Positions 17,547 to 25,371 of a DNA stretch of 43,645 nucleotides are shown one piece after another. Within the stretch, counting starts at the first letter, position 1. The number at the start of each line of letters is the position of its first letter. The translations under genes and the position numbers were made by a program. Below the pieces are notes generated by a model. That model ran no database searches. It had not been told where the DNA came from and saw nothing but the letters and a program-made list of their open reading frames with translations. Source of the stretch: a virus; IMG/VR virus record IMGVR_UViG_3300017971_000113, positions 1-43,645 of that record; one strand, given 5' to 3'.

Positions 17547-17550
17547 AATA

Positions 17551-17580
17551 TGGATAAACGTTGATAAGCATTGATAAGCA
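17551..17580 (+). repeat. Three tandem 10-mers (TGGATAAACG, TTGATAAGCA, TTGATAAGCA) just upstream of the primase gene
   Basis: Two exact copies and one degenerate copy read directly; they end 12 nt before ATG 17593. Confidence 0.6.
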
Positions 17581-17592
17581 ATAGGTATTGAT

Positions 17593-19368
17593 ATGGCATC
17601 TAATAAATCAAAAGCAATGGAATTTTTGCAAATCACGGGAGCTTATCTTTTTCCATCCATATTCAAAGATGGGGAACATAAGCCGCTTATAAAATGGAAA
17701 CTAAACAGTTCAAATGATTACAGACAAATTGAAAAGTGGGCGGAAAAATGGCCTGATTGCTATTTTTGCGTGAATCTCAAAGCATCAAAAATGTCGGCAA
17801 TTGACATTGACGATAAAAATCAAAAAAACGGGTCATTAAAATTCAAAAATTTTCTATCCGAAAATAAATTAGAATTTCCGGAAACATTAACGATTAAAAC
17901 GCCAAGCGGCGGATATCATCATATTTACTCAGGATCTCACATATCAGGAAAACTGATAAAAGGGGCTGTGGATTTACCCGGAATGATTCCTGTTCCCGGA
18001 TCGATTGTTCCAGGGAAAGGGAAATATTCAATCGTGAACGGGCGGCATGAGCTTGAAAATATCCCGGAATGGTTAAAAGCTTTAGAAAAGCCAAAAATCG
18101 AAAAAAAGGAATATTCCGGCATATTGGATGATCCGGCAAATATCAATACTGCAAAACGTTTTCTTTTAGTATGCTCCCCGGCGATTGAAGGTCAAAACGG
18201 CGATATTACTACTTTTAAAACCGCCTGTAAACTAAAAGATTTGGGCTTATCCGAAGAAAAAACATGCGATTTAATGATTGAAATATTTAATCCTCGATGT
18301 TTACCGCCATGGAATATTCGAGATATTCGACTGAAAGTGAAAAATGCTTTCGAATATGGCGAATTGCCAATTGGAGTATCGGCTATCGGATTCGAAGAAA
18401 TTCAAAATGACTCCCCCCTGGAAAAAGAAAAAAAATCAAAAACCGGTTTTCAACTCATTCGAATAGGAGAACTTTTAGGAAAAATTGAAAAAATTGAATG
18501 GCTGATTGACGGTTTTTTTGAAAAAAAAAGCCTAAATATGATTTATGGGGAAAGTGGCGCGTATAAATCATTTTTAGCCGTTTCAATCGCGTGTAGTATC
18601 GCTTCAGGGACTAAATGGTATGGGCGAGATATAGAGCAAGGCCCGGTTGTTTATATCGCGGGAGAGGGACTTAGAGGCATTCCTAAACGAGTTCAAGCTT
18701 GGGCGGAAGAAAATTCAGTTAACGGAGCTGATATAGATATGTATTTGAGTAGTTCATCGGCTAATTTACTTGATCCTGAAAACGTGATGCAGATAAAAAA
18801 ATCAATTGCTGCTGTTAATCCGGTATTAATCATTTACGATACCCTGGCGCGAAATTTCGGCGGCGGCGATGAAAATAAAACAGCGGATATGGTGAAATTT
18901 ATAAATGAGGTCGATTCAGTCGGCGTTGAATCCGCTTCTTTATTAATACATCATACAGGATTGATGGAAAAAGATAGGGCGAGAGGAAGTAGCGCATTAA
19001 GAGCGGCCCTTGATTCTGAATTTCGCATGTCGTTTAATTCGCAGGCGGATAAAGAAAGCAACAAACCGCTTTTAATTTTGACAAATACGAAAATGAAAGA
19101 CTCGGAAAAAGTCGAAAATATTTATTTTGAAAAGCAGATTAGGATTTTAGATTTTGGAAATATAATAGAATCAGTAGTTTTGAAAAAAATTGACCAGGCA
19201 GATATAGACGATCAATTAAAAAATCTAATCATTGAAAATATGATGAACGGAATTTCGGATAGAAAATTATCCGAAAAATTCAATATGAACCGGCGAAAAA
19301 TCCGTAAAATTCGTGAAGACGCTATAACAAAAGGTTTTATTTCTGAAGATATCCATAAAGCCAAATAA
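17593..19368 (+). CDS. Bifunctional prim-pol primase / RepA-DnaB-like helicase with a C-terminal HTH-like tail
   Basis: Prim-pol motifs AIDIDD and SGGYHHIY, a PriCT-like middle region, Walker A GESGAYKS, Walker B LIIYDT, and C-terminal ISDRKLSEKFNMNRRKIRKI. Confidence 0.85.
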   Translation: MASNKSKAMEFLQITGAYLFPSIFKDGEHKPLIKWKLNSSNDYRQIEKWAEKWPDCYFCVNLKASKMSAIDIDDKNQKNGSLKFKNFLSENKLEFPETLTIKTPSGGYHHIYSGSHISGKLIKGAVDLPGMIPVPGSIVPGKGKYSIVNGRHELENIPEWLKALEKPKIEKKEYSGILDDPANINTAKRFLLVCSPAIEGQNGDITTFKTACKLKDLGLSEEKTCDLMIEIFNPRCLPPWNIRDIRLKVKNAFEYGELPIGVSAIGFEEIQNDSPLEKEKKSKTGFQLIRIGELLGKIEKIEWLIDGFFEKKSLNMIYGESGAYKSFLAVSIACSIASGTKWYGRDIEQGPVVYIAGEGLRGIPKRVQAWAEENSVNGADIDMYLSSSSANLLDPENVMQIKKSIAAVNPVLIIYDTLARNFGGGDENKTADMVKFINEVDSVGVESASLLIHHTGLMEKDRARGSSALRAALDSEFRMSFNSQADKESNKPLLILTNTKMKDSEKVENIYFEKQIRILDFGNIIESVVLKKIDQADIDDQLKNLIIENMMNGISDRKLSEKFNMNRRKIRKIREDAITKGFISEDIHKAK

Positions 19369-19416
19369 ACAAAGTGGTAGCGCGGATGAATCGCTATAAG
19401 ACGTTGCTTTTACAAG

Positions 19417-19657
19417 ATGGCGCAACCGTGGCGCAAAGTGGCGCAAAAGGTGGTGTAAGGCGGTGCAATTTTTTAGGCGATTTCCATAAGTATCTGAAAT
19501 CATTACATCCGAGTGGCGCAAAAAGTGGCGCAGGCAAGCGGCGCAAAAAGTGGCGCAAGGTGGAGCATCTTGTTTTTTTTCGTACCGGAAGTATCCAATA
19601 TAATTAAAAATACAAGTGGCGCAAAAAGTGGCGCAAGGTGGTGCAATCACTGGTGTA
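19417..19657 (+). repeat. Iteron-like array: 14 same-orientation GTGGCGCA-type 8-mers in clusters of 5+5+4 (putative origin or protein-binding array)
   Basis: Copies start at 19417, 19428, 19438, 19450, 19460 / 19513, 19525, 19538, 19550, 19560 / 19616, 19628, 19638, 19650. Seven are exact GTGGCGCA. Spacing is 10-13 bp, and each cluster ends in a T-run. Confidence 0.7.
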
Positions 19658-19662
19658 ATTTT

Positions 19663-19691
19663 GGCGCTGTATATATATAATATACAGCGCC
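19663..19691. other. Perfect hairpin GGCGCTGTATAT-atata-ATATACAGCGCC adjoining the repeat array
   Basis: 12-bp stem with a 5-nt loop and an AT-rich centre. It is a terminator for the primase operon and/or an origin structural element. Confidence 0.6.
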
Positions 19692-19750
19692 TAACACCGC
19701 CGAACCAAAAAAACGATATTTGCTAATCTAAAAAATATTATCGATTTTAT

Positions 19751-19779
19751 TTGACAAATAAAAAACGATTTGTTATATT
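19751..19779 (+). promoter_or_regulatory. Sigma70-type promoter TTGACA-N17-TATATT
   Basis: Exact -35 consensus at 19751-19756, a 17-nt spacer, and -10 TATATT at 19774-19779. Upstream of the GGAGG RBS at 19801. Confidence 0.6.
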
Positions 19780-19810
19780 TTAATTATCATTAATAATATG
19801 GGAGGTGAAT

Positions 19811-19906
19811 ATGGAAATAAACGGATATAAAATAAAAGCGGGCGCAAATTTAATGTATGTTGATTTAAATGACGTTAATCTTAAGAATGCAAAAGGAATA
19901 ATTTAA
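19811..19906 (+). CDS. 31-aa ORF with pentapeptide-repeat-like sequence (possible leader or micro-protein)
   Basis: GGAGGTGA RBS 2 nt before the ATG. Product MEINGYKIKAGANLMYVDLNDVNLKNAKGII. Confidence 0.35.
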   Translation: MEINGYKIKAGANLMYVDLNDVNLKNAKGII

Positions 19907-19925
19907 CCAAAAAACGGAGGCGGGT

Positions 19926-22202
19926 ATGGACACATACAAAGATTTTTTAAGAAATAAAAATAAAAAATTGCCGGATTTCGGATTTGATATAGATCTGAAT
20001 TCACTTAATCCTGCTCTATTCGACTGGCAAAAATACATTGTCAAATGGGCGATTAAAAAGGGAAGATGCGCGTTATTCGAGGATTGCGGGTTAGGTAAAA
20101 CAATACAATCACTTGAATGGGTCACAAAAATAATCGAAAATCCAGGAAGTCATGGATTGATAATAGCCCCCCTTGCTGTAAATCGTCAAACAAAAAAAAT
20201 AGGGGATGAGTTTGGATACGAAGTCAATATTTGCAGATCCGAAGATGATATAAAAAATGGAATAAACATATGCAATTACGAAATAATGCATAAATTCGAT
20301 TTTAAAACAAAAGAGTTTATTGTTCTTGATGAATCAAGCATCATAAAAAATGAGGCGAGTGTATATTTATCATTTTTGCTCGATAATATATCAAATATAA
20401 AATACAGATTGTGTTGCACTGCGACTCCAAGTCCGAATGATTACACAGAACTTGGAAATCATGCTGAAATATTAGGTGTATGTACACGCGGCGAAATGCT
20501 CGGAAATTATTTTTACCACGATTCCGGCAATACATCAAAATGGACTTTGATGGAATGGTCAAAAAAAGATTTCTGGGATTGGCTTGCCGATTGGTCAGTC
20601 ATGATAAAAAAACCATCAGACATAGGTTTTTCTGATGATAATTTTAAACTTCCAAAATTAATTTATCATGAACATATAATAAAAACAGATATTAGAGACT
20701 ATGAATTGTTTAGGGAAGAAGTCAAAAGCCTTTCGGATAGAAGGGATGAAAGAAATAAAACGCTTGAAAAAAGAACAGATTGTGCCAAATCATTGATAAA
20801 AGAAGATGAAAAATGGGTTTTTTGGTGTAATTTTAATCCTGAAAGTGAAATGTTATCTAAAAAAATAGACGGATCAATCGAGCTTAAAGGCCCACAGAAA
20901 GCAGAATATAAAGCGAATGTGATGAATGATTTTGCAAACGGGAAAATAGACGTTTTAATCACAAAGCCGAGAATATCAGGATTTGGGATGAATTTCCAAA
21001 TATGCAATAACACTTGTTTCACAATACCATCGGATTCATATGAAGAATGGTATCAGTCGATACGAAGGTTTTGGAGATTCGGAGCAAAAGAAGATGTCAA
21101 CGTTCATATGATAATAACAGATAGAGAAAATCCCATAATAGAAAATTTAAAAGAAAAAATGAGGAAAAACGAAGAAATGGCTATCGAAATGGTTAAAGCG
21201 ATGTCAGAAAAAACAAAAATAGAATTAGGCATTAGCGGCAAAATTATTGTTAGCGATTATAAAGAAAAAATCGTAAAAGGCGAAAATTGGACAGCGTATT
21301 ATGGGGATTGCGTCGAAATATCTTCAAAACAACCTGACAATAAATATGATTTTTGTATTTATAGCCCCCCGTTTGCTGAAATTTATAGATATAGCGATAG
21401 CGAGAGGGATATGGGCAACTCGAAATCATATCATGAATTTTTCGAACATTACAATTTCTTAGTAAAAGAGCAATTTAGAACTCTGAAGCCTGGAAGACTT
21501 GCGGCGATCCATTGCATGAATATACCCGCAATGAAAGAGCGCGATGGATATATAGGAATAAAAAATTTTAGGGATGATATAATAAGAATACATCAAAAAA
21601 ACGGATTCATATATCATTCAGAGATCGTAATACCAAAAGATCCATTAATCGAAAGCCAAAGAACACGTGCTAAAGGATTGGCTCATAAAAACGTTATAAA
21701 AGATTCGGCTTGCTTGAGACAAGCCCTGCCTGATTATTTATGTGTTTTTTATAAACCTGGTAAAAATGAAATTCCAATATCACATCCAGATGGCTTCACA
21801 AAATATATAGGGATTGAATGCGAAAATCCAGGTGGAAAATATGATGAAGAACATTCAAAAAATAGAAAATCACAATATTTGTTTAGAAGGTATGCCGAAT
21901 CTGTTTGGTGGGATATCAGACAAACAAAAACTTTAAAATGTAAAAACGCTAAAGACGATAAAGATGTCAAGCATCCTTGCCCGCTACAATTGGACGTAAT
22001 CGAAAGAGCGATTTATTTATGGTCAAACAAGGATGATTTGATCGTATCGTGGTTTGGAGGAATAGGCTCTGAGGGTTATGTGGCTATATCAAACGATAGA
22101 CGATGTGAAATAGTGGAATTAAAAGAATCTTATTACAACGAACTCATAAAAAATCTTGAAAGGGCAGAAAAAGCACATAAACAACTTGAATTACCAATGT
22201 GA
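19926..22202 (+). CDS. SNF2-family helicase fused to a beta-class DNA (N6-adenine or N4-cytosine) methyltransferase
   Basis: Helicase motifs DCGLGKT, VLDESS, CCTATPSPN and ISGFGMNFQ. The C-terminal half has IYSPPF (motif IV) then HPCPLQ...WFGGIGSEG (motif I). Confidence 0.8.
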   Translation: MDTYKDFLRNKNKKLPDFGFDIDLNSLNPALFDWQKYIVKWAIKKGRCALFEDCGLGKTIQSLEWVTKIIENPGSHGLIIAPLAVNRQTKKIGDEFGYEVNICRSEDDIKNGINICNYEIMHKFDFKTKEFIVLDESSIIKNEASVYLSFLLDNISNIKYRLCCTATPSPNDYTELGNHAEILGVCTRGEMLGNYFYHDSGNTSKWTLMEWSKKDFWDWLADWSVMIKKPSDIGFSDDNFKLPKLIYHEHIIKTDIRDYELFREEVKSLSDRRDERNKTLEKRTDCAKSLIKEDEKWVFWCNFNPESEMLSKKIDGSIELKGPQKAEYKANVMNDFANGKIDVLITKPRISGFGMNFQICNNTCFTIPSDSYEEWYQSIRRFWRFGAKEDVNVHMIITDRENPIIENLKEKMRKNEEMAIEMVKAMSEKTKIELGISGKIIVSDYKEKIVKGENWTAYYGDCVEISSKQPDNKYDFCIYSPPFAEIYRYSDSERDMGNSKSYHEFFEHYNFLVKEQFRTLKPGRLAAIHCMNIPAMKERDGYIGIKNFRDDIIRIHQKNGFIYHSEIVIPKDPLIESQRTRAKGLAHKNVIKDSACLRQALPDYLCVFYKPGKNEIPISHPDGFTKYIGIECENPGGKYDEEHSKNRKSQYLFRRYAESVWWDIRQTKTLKCKNAKDDKDVKHPCPLQLDVIERAIYLWSNKDDLIVSWFGGIGSEGYVAISNDRRCEIVELKESYYNELIKNLERAEKAHKQLELPM

Positions 22203-22324
22203 AATTTCACCCCTGCCTCCAAGGCGGCGAGTCCGGCGTCGCAGCAAACCAAGGCGATATCGATAAAGGGGGATATCATATGAAATATCGCCAACCGGAT
22301 TTATAAAAAGGAGAAAAATTAATC

Positions 22325-22501
22325 ATGAAAGACAGTACGAAATTAATAAAACAGTTGATAGATGATCTGGAAGGAAGAAGAGGATTTGATGGAATAATAA
22401 CAAATCTTGACGATGATATTAAAAAAGAACTTATATCTCAATGGAGAAAAATAATCGTAAATTGGCAGCATAATATAAAGGATAAGAAGCATTTCTCGTA
22501 A
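22325..22501 (+). CDS. Hypothetical 58-aa protein
   Basis: AAAGGAGAAAAA RBS. Hand-translated ORF below the track cutoff. Confidence 0.45.
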   Translation: MKDSTKLIKQLIDDLEGRRGFDGIITNLDDDIKKELISQWRKIIVNWQHNIKDKKHFS

Positions 22502-22622
22502 AATTCATGGAAGAAAGTTTTCAAGACAAAACTTTCTACAATTACATAAATAACGAACTTGCGGGCGATTATGCTGTGGGATTGGCAATCGCCATAAGGA
22601 TGTTGCTTGTTATGTTAATGAG

Positions 22623-23024
22623 TTGCCGAAATGTCTGAAATGGACAAAGAAGATGGAAACCGATTTGAAAAAAATATCTAAAAAACTAAAAACACAAAAT
22701 AATCGAATGACAAAAGATCCATTATTTTGTGTTTTTGAGAAAGAAATAATATGGGGCGTTGATCCTGAATATCATAGCGATGCTGATTTTAAATGGATTA
22801 ACGATGAAGGAGAAATTATTGAAATAGAAGATGAGAAATCAGATAAAATTTTCTTCATCGAAAAAGAACGATTCGTAAACGCGCACTTTACGGAAACAGC
22901 GGCACAAAAATACATTGATATGAACGCTCATAATTTAAGAAAAGCTCATATATATGCTATCTCAATGTATAGATGCGAAGAAATGATATTGATTAGAAAA
23001 TTTTTAATGTGTATCGACAAGTAA
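22623..23024 (+). CDS. Hypothetical protein
   Basis: Track ORF with a TTG start; the first in-frame ATG is at 22653. Confidence 0.5.
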   Translation: MPKCLKWTKKMETDLKKISKKLKTQNNRMTKDPLFCVFEKEIIWGVDPEYHSDADFKWINDEGEIIEIEDEKSDKIFFIEKERFVNAHFTETAAQKYIDMNAHNLRKAHIYAISMYRCEEMILIRKFLMCIDK

Positions 23025-23044
23025 AAAAAATTAATGGAGGTAAT

Positions 23045-23149
23045 ATGGAATCATACGAAATAAAAAAACTTGTGGGAGAATCTTTAAAAAAAGGAAACTG
23101 GATGATAAGAAGAAGTAATAATCATGCGGCATACGGTGATTTTAAATAA
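23045..23149 (+). CDS. Hypothetical 34-aa ORF
   Basis: GGAGG at 23036-23040, 4 nt before the ATG. Product MESYEIKKLVGESLKKGNWMIRRSNNHAAYGDFK. Confidence 0.35.
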   Translation: MESYEIKKLVGESLKKGNWMIRRSNNHAAYGDFK

Positions 23150-23172
23150 TATTTCAACGAAAGGATAAAAAA

Positions 23173-23526
23173 ATGGGGCGAATAATAGCGATGGATTTTG
23201 ACGGAGTGATTCATTCTTACAAATCGGGATGGCTCGGAGAAGATAAAATTCAGGATCTTCCTGTAAATGGGGCAAAGAAGGCAATAGATTTATACATTAA
23301 GAATGGATTTGAAATTCATATTTTTTCAAGCCGATGTTCTTCAGATAAAGGGCGATTGGCGATTTGTAATTGGCTATATAATAATGGATTCAATCCTGAT
23401 ATTGTTGTAAGTGCAATTAAGCCGCCCGCATATATGTCAATAGACGACAGATCATTTCCGCCGTGGGATGGTGTATTTCCGACAATTGATCAAATTGAAA
23501 ATTTCAAACCGTGGTGGATGAAATAA
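23173..23526 (+). CDS. HAD-superfamily phosphatase-like protein (possible nucleotidase)
   Basis: Motif I MDFDGV, motif II IFSSR, and motifs III/IV K...MSIDDR, in canonical order within 117 aa. Confidence 0.6.
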   Translation: MGRIIAMDFDGVIHSYKSGWLGEDKIQDLPVNGAKKAIDLYIKNGFEIHIFSSRCSSDKGRLAICNWLYNNGFNPDIVVSAIKPPAYMSIDDRSFPPWDGVFPTIDQIENFKPWWMK

Positions 23527-23538
23527 GGGGGTTATAAA

Positions 23539-23676
23539 ATGAAAATGATAAAAGAAATAATAGGTTTAAGTTTAATCGCTTTTTTTATGTGGGGGATAAT
23601 GTTCGGGATCGCAAATTCAAATGAATCTGAAGTTCCGCCATGTCCGGAAAAATATAAAAATGGATTGAAACCTTAA
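23539..23676 (+). CDS. Small single-pass membrane protein (45 aa)
   Basis: GGGGG RBS. Product MKMIKEIIGLSLIAFFMWGIMFGIANSNESEVPPCPEKYKNGLKP. Confidence 0.45.
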   Translation: MKMIKEIIGLSLIAFFMWGIMFGIANSNESEVPPCPEKYKNGLKP

Positions 23677-23701
23677 TTGCGATTATCTATTCCCATAAAA
23701 T

Positions 23702-24127
23702 ATGGATGTTTTATGGGAATATGGAGGTTTAATAAAAATGAAATGTGATCGATGCCATAAAGAAGAAAAACAGTATGTAATAATTAACGTGAATAAATAT
23801 GAAGGCGGTTCGGTTAGTATTAAAGGTAATAGAATAATGATTGATGGCGTTGACGTTACAGATGATCATTCTAATCAAAAATCACAAATTGTTCATATAA
23901 CTATAGATGGCGATACAAAAGCAAACATAGATTCTGATGCATCTATTACTGTGAAAGGGAACGTATTCGGAGATGTGAACGCGGGAGGGAGCGTAAATTG
24001 CGGAAATATTTCAGGAAACGTCAATTTAGGCAGATCTTTGAATTGTAAAAAAATATATGGATCTGTTGGCCTTTGTGATGAAAACAATCGAACAAATAGA
24101 TTAAAATGTGCAAATGTACAGAAATAA
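23702..24127 (+). CDS. Zinc-ribbon N-terminus plus bactofilin-like beta-helical repeats (tentative)
   Basis: The likely start is ATG 23738 (GGAGG at 23723). CDRCH, then VKGNVFGDVNAGGSVNCGNISGNVNLGRSLNCKKIYGSVG. Confidence 0.35.
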   Translation: MDVLWEYGGLIKMKCDRCHKEEKQYVIINVNKYEGGSVSIKGNRIMIDGVDVTDDHSNQKSQIVHITIDGDTKANIDSDASITVKGNVFGDVNAGGSVNCGNISGNVNLGRSLNCKKIYGSVGLCDENNRTNRLKCANVQK

Positions 24128-24309
24128 AAGAAAACTTAGACCAAAATGGCGATTGGCGGCATAGCTGTAAAAAATGGGATGAAATTGTTAAAACGATCGT
24201 TGATAACGGTTTTAGGCATCAAGGTCATGGCTTCACATGTGTATGTCCTTCGTGCGGTAAAATTATTTGCGCCAGATGTGCTAATGTAATAACTCATGCA
24301 AACATTTAG
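24106..24309 (+). CDS. Small Cys-rich (zinc-binding) protein
   Basis: 67 aa with CKC ... C ... CVCPSCGKIICARC. Confidence 0.5.
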   Translation: MCKCTEIKENLDQNGDWRHSCKKWDEIVKTIVDNGFRHQGHGFTCVCPSCGKIICARCANVITHANI

Positions 24310-24318
24310 GATCATATC

Positions 24319-24795
24319 ATGAGAAAAACAGATTGTATTAATTATTATAATTGTCTTGATATGGCGGCAAGAATAAACGGAAACATGTATTGCATAAAAT
24401 GCAAAAGATACATGTGTGATCCGGATATAGATAGATTTAATAGAGATCATCAAGTACGAGATTGCAATTATGAAAAAAATTGCAATGGGATACCTATTGA
24501 AGAAGCTATCGCCGGATACTCGGCAAAAGGTTTAAGGCGACAGAGAAAAGTTGATAGAATGAGGGAATTAAAAAAATCAGGCTATGATTCGTATGAAATA
24601 GCTGAAATGTTTAACATTTCCTTTAGAACAGTTGAGAGTTATATATTTTCTTCAAAATCAAAAAAAAGATTAAAGGCCGATGGCAATGAAATTAGGCGCT
24701 TAAGAAAAGAGGGGCATACGCCTCAAGATATTACGGCTTTGACAGGATGGTGTAGCGCGACAGTTTATAAATATTTGGCGGTAAAAGATGTCTGA
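24319..24795 (+). CDS. DNA-binding protein: Cys-rich N-terminus plus two tandem HTH units (possible transcription regulator)
   Basis: GYDSYEIAEMFNISFRTVESYI and GHTPQDITALTGWCSATVYKYL resemble sigma-r4/resolvase-type HTHs. Confidence 0.5.
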   Translation: MRKTDCINYYNCLDMAARINGNMYCIKCKRYMCDPDIDRFNRDHQVRDCNYEKNCNGIPIEEAIAGYSAKGLRRQRKVDRMRELKKSGYDSYEIAEMFNISFRTVESYIFSSKSKKRLKADGNEIRRLRKEGHTPQDITALTGWCSATVYKYLAVKDV

Positions 24796-24898
24796 TCCAA
24801 GGAAAAATTTTATTTGTGTTAAATGTGGTTATATCATGAACGACATTGAAAGAATTCACGGTAAGGAAACTATAAAAGGGATGGAGCATATCAAATAA
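24788..24898 (+). CDS. 36-aa CxxC micro-protein, translationally coupled on both sides
   Basis: ATGTCTGA overlaps the upstream stop and TAATG overlaps the next start. Product MSDPRKNFICVKCGYIMNDIERIHGKETIKGMEHIK. Confidence 0.45.
   Translation: MSDPRKNFICVKCGYIMNDIERIHGKETIKGMEHIK
24848..24873 (+). repeat. 26-bp exact direct repeat, copy 1 (GAAAGAATTCACGGTAAGGAAACTAT)
   Basis: Identical to 25372-25397; the two copies bracket ORF 24898..25305. Confidence 0.9.
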
Positions 24899-25305
24899 TG
24901 CGATACGCAGTAGGGAACAAACGTAATTTTAAATGGAAAGAATATTTCGATGATATTGATGATGCTTATTCATACGCTCGAATAATGACACATGAAACTG
25001 GAATTAAGCATACCGTTGAAACCCTGAAAAAAATGAAAGTATTCGGCCTTTCAACACCGATCTATGAAAATGACACGGAAAAGCTGAAGCTTATTTCAGA
25101 TAAAGCGAATGAATGGCTTTTAAGTCAATCTCTTTTTGCTTTCAACAGAATTAACGTGCCATTCGACCATAGACAAGAAATCATTGTTGAGACAAGCCTT
25201 GAGACAGAACAATTTTATACGGGCGTTAAGCCGGTAATCAAAACAAGTGTATGGTCACACGGCAAAGCGTATTTATTGGACGAAAAATGGGAAATTCTGA
25301 AATGA
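24898..25305 (+). CDS. Hypothetical protein (135 aa) bracketed by the 26-bp repeats
   Basis: Track ORF coupled by TAATG to the upstream micro-ORF. Confidence 0.55.
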   Translation: MRYAVGNKRNFKWKEYFDDIDDAYSYARIMTHETGIKHTVETLKKMKVFGLSTPIYENDTEKLKLISDKANEWLLSQSLFAFNRINVPFDHRQEIIVETSLETEQFYTGVKPVIKTSVWSHGKAYLLDEKWEILK

Positions 25306-25371
25306 GGCGATCAACATATAATATGCGAAAAAAAAAGCACGGGGGAAACGTATGAGACGAAGAATTAAGCG

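Noticed and set aside
19267-19650. Long ORFs over the repeat island (19267..19650 on the minus strand, 19374..19607 on the plus strand)
   Set aside because: Both run through the GTGGCGCA array and encode repetitive low-complexity peptides (CATFCA..., SGAKGG...). They overlap each other and have no RBS. The third repeat cluster lies outside the plus-strand ORF, so the repeats act at the DNA level and these are most likely artefacts of a GC-rich repeat.
19417-19657. A CRISPR array as an explanation for the repeat clusters
   Set aside because: The repeat units are only about 8 bp, spaced 10-13 bp apart, with no 25-40-bp unique spacers, no leader and no cas genes. The geometry fits iterons or a protein-binding array, not CRISPR.
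22203-22324. A tRNA or tmRNA in the GC-rich spacer after the methylase gene
   Set aside because: I could find no cloverleaf arms, no T-loop GTTCRANYC-like sequence and no acceptor or CCA context. It is better described as a nested stem or terminator-like element.
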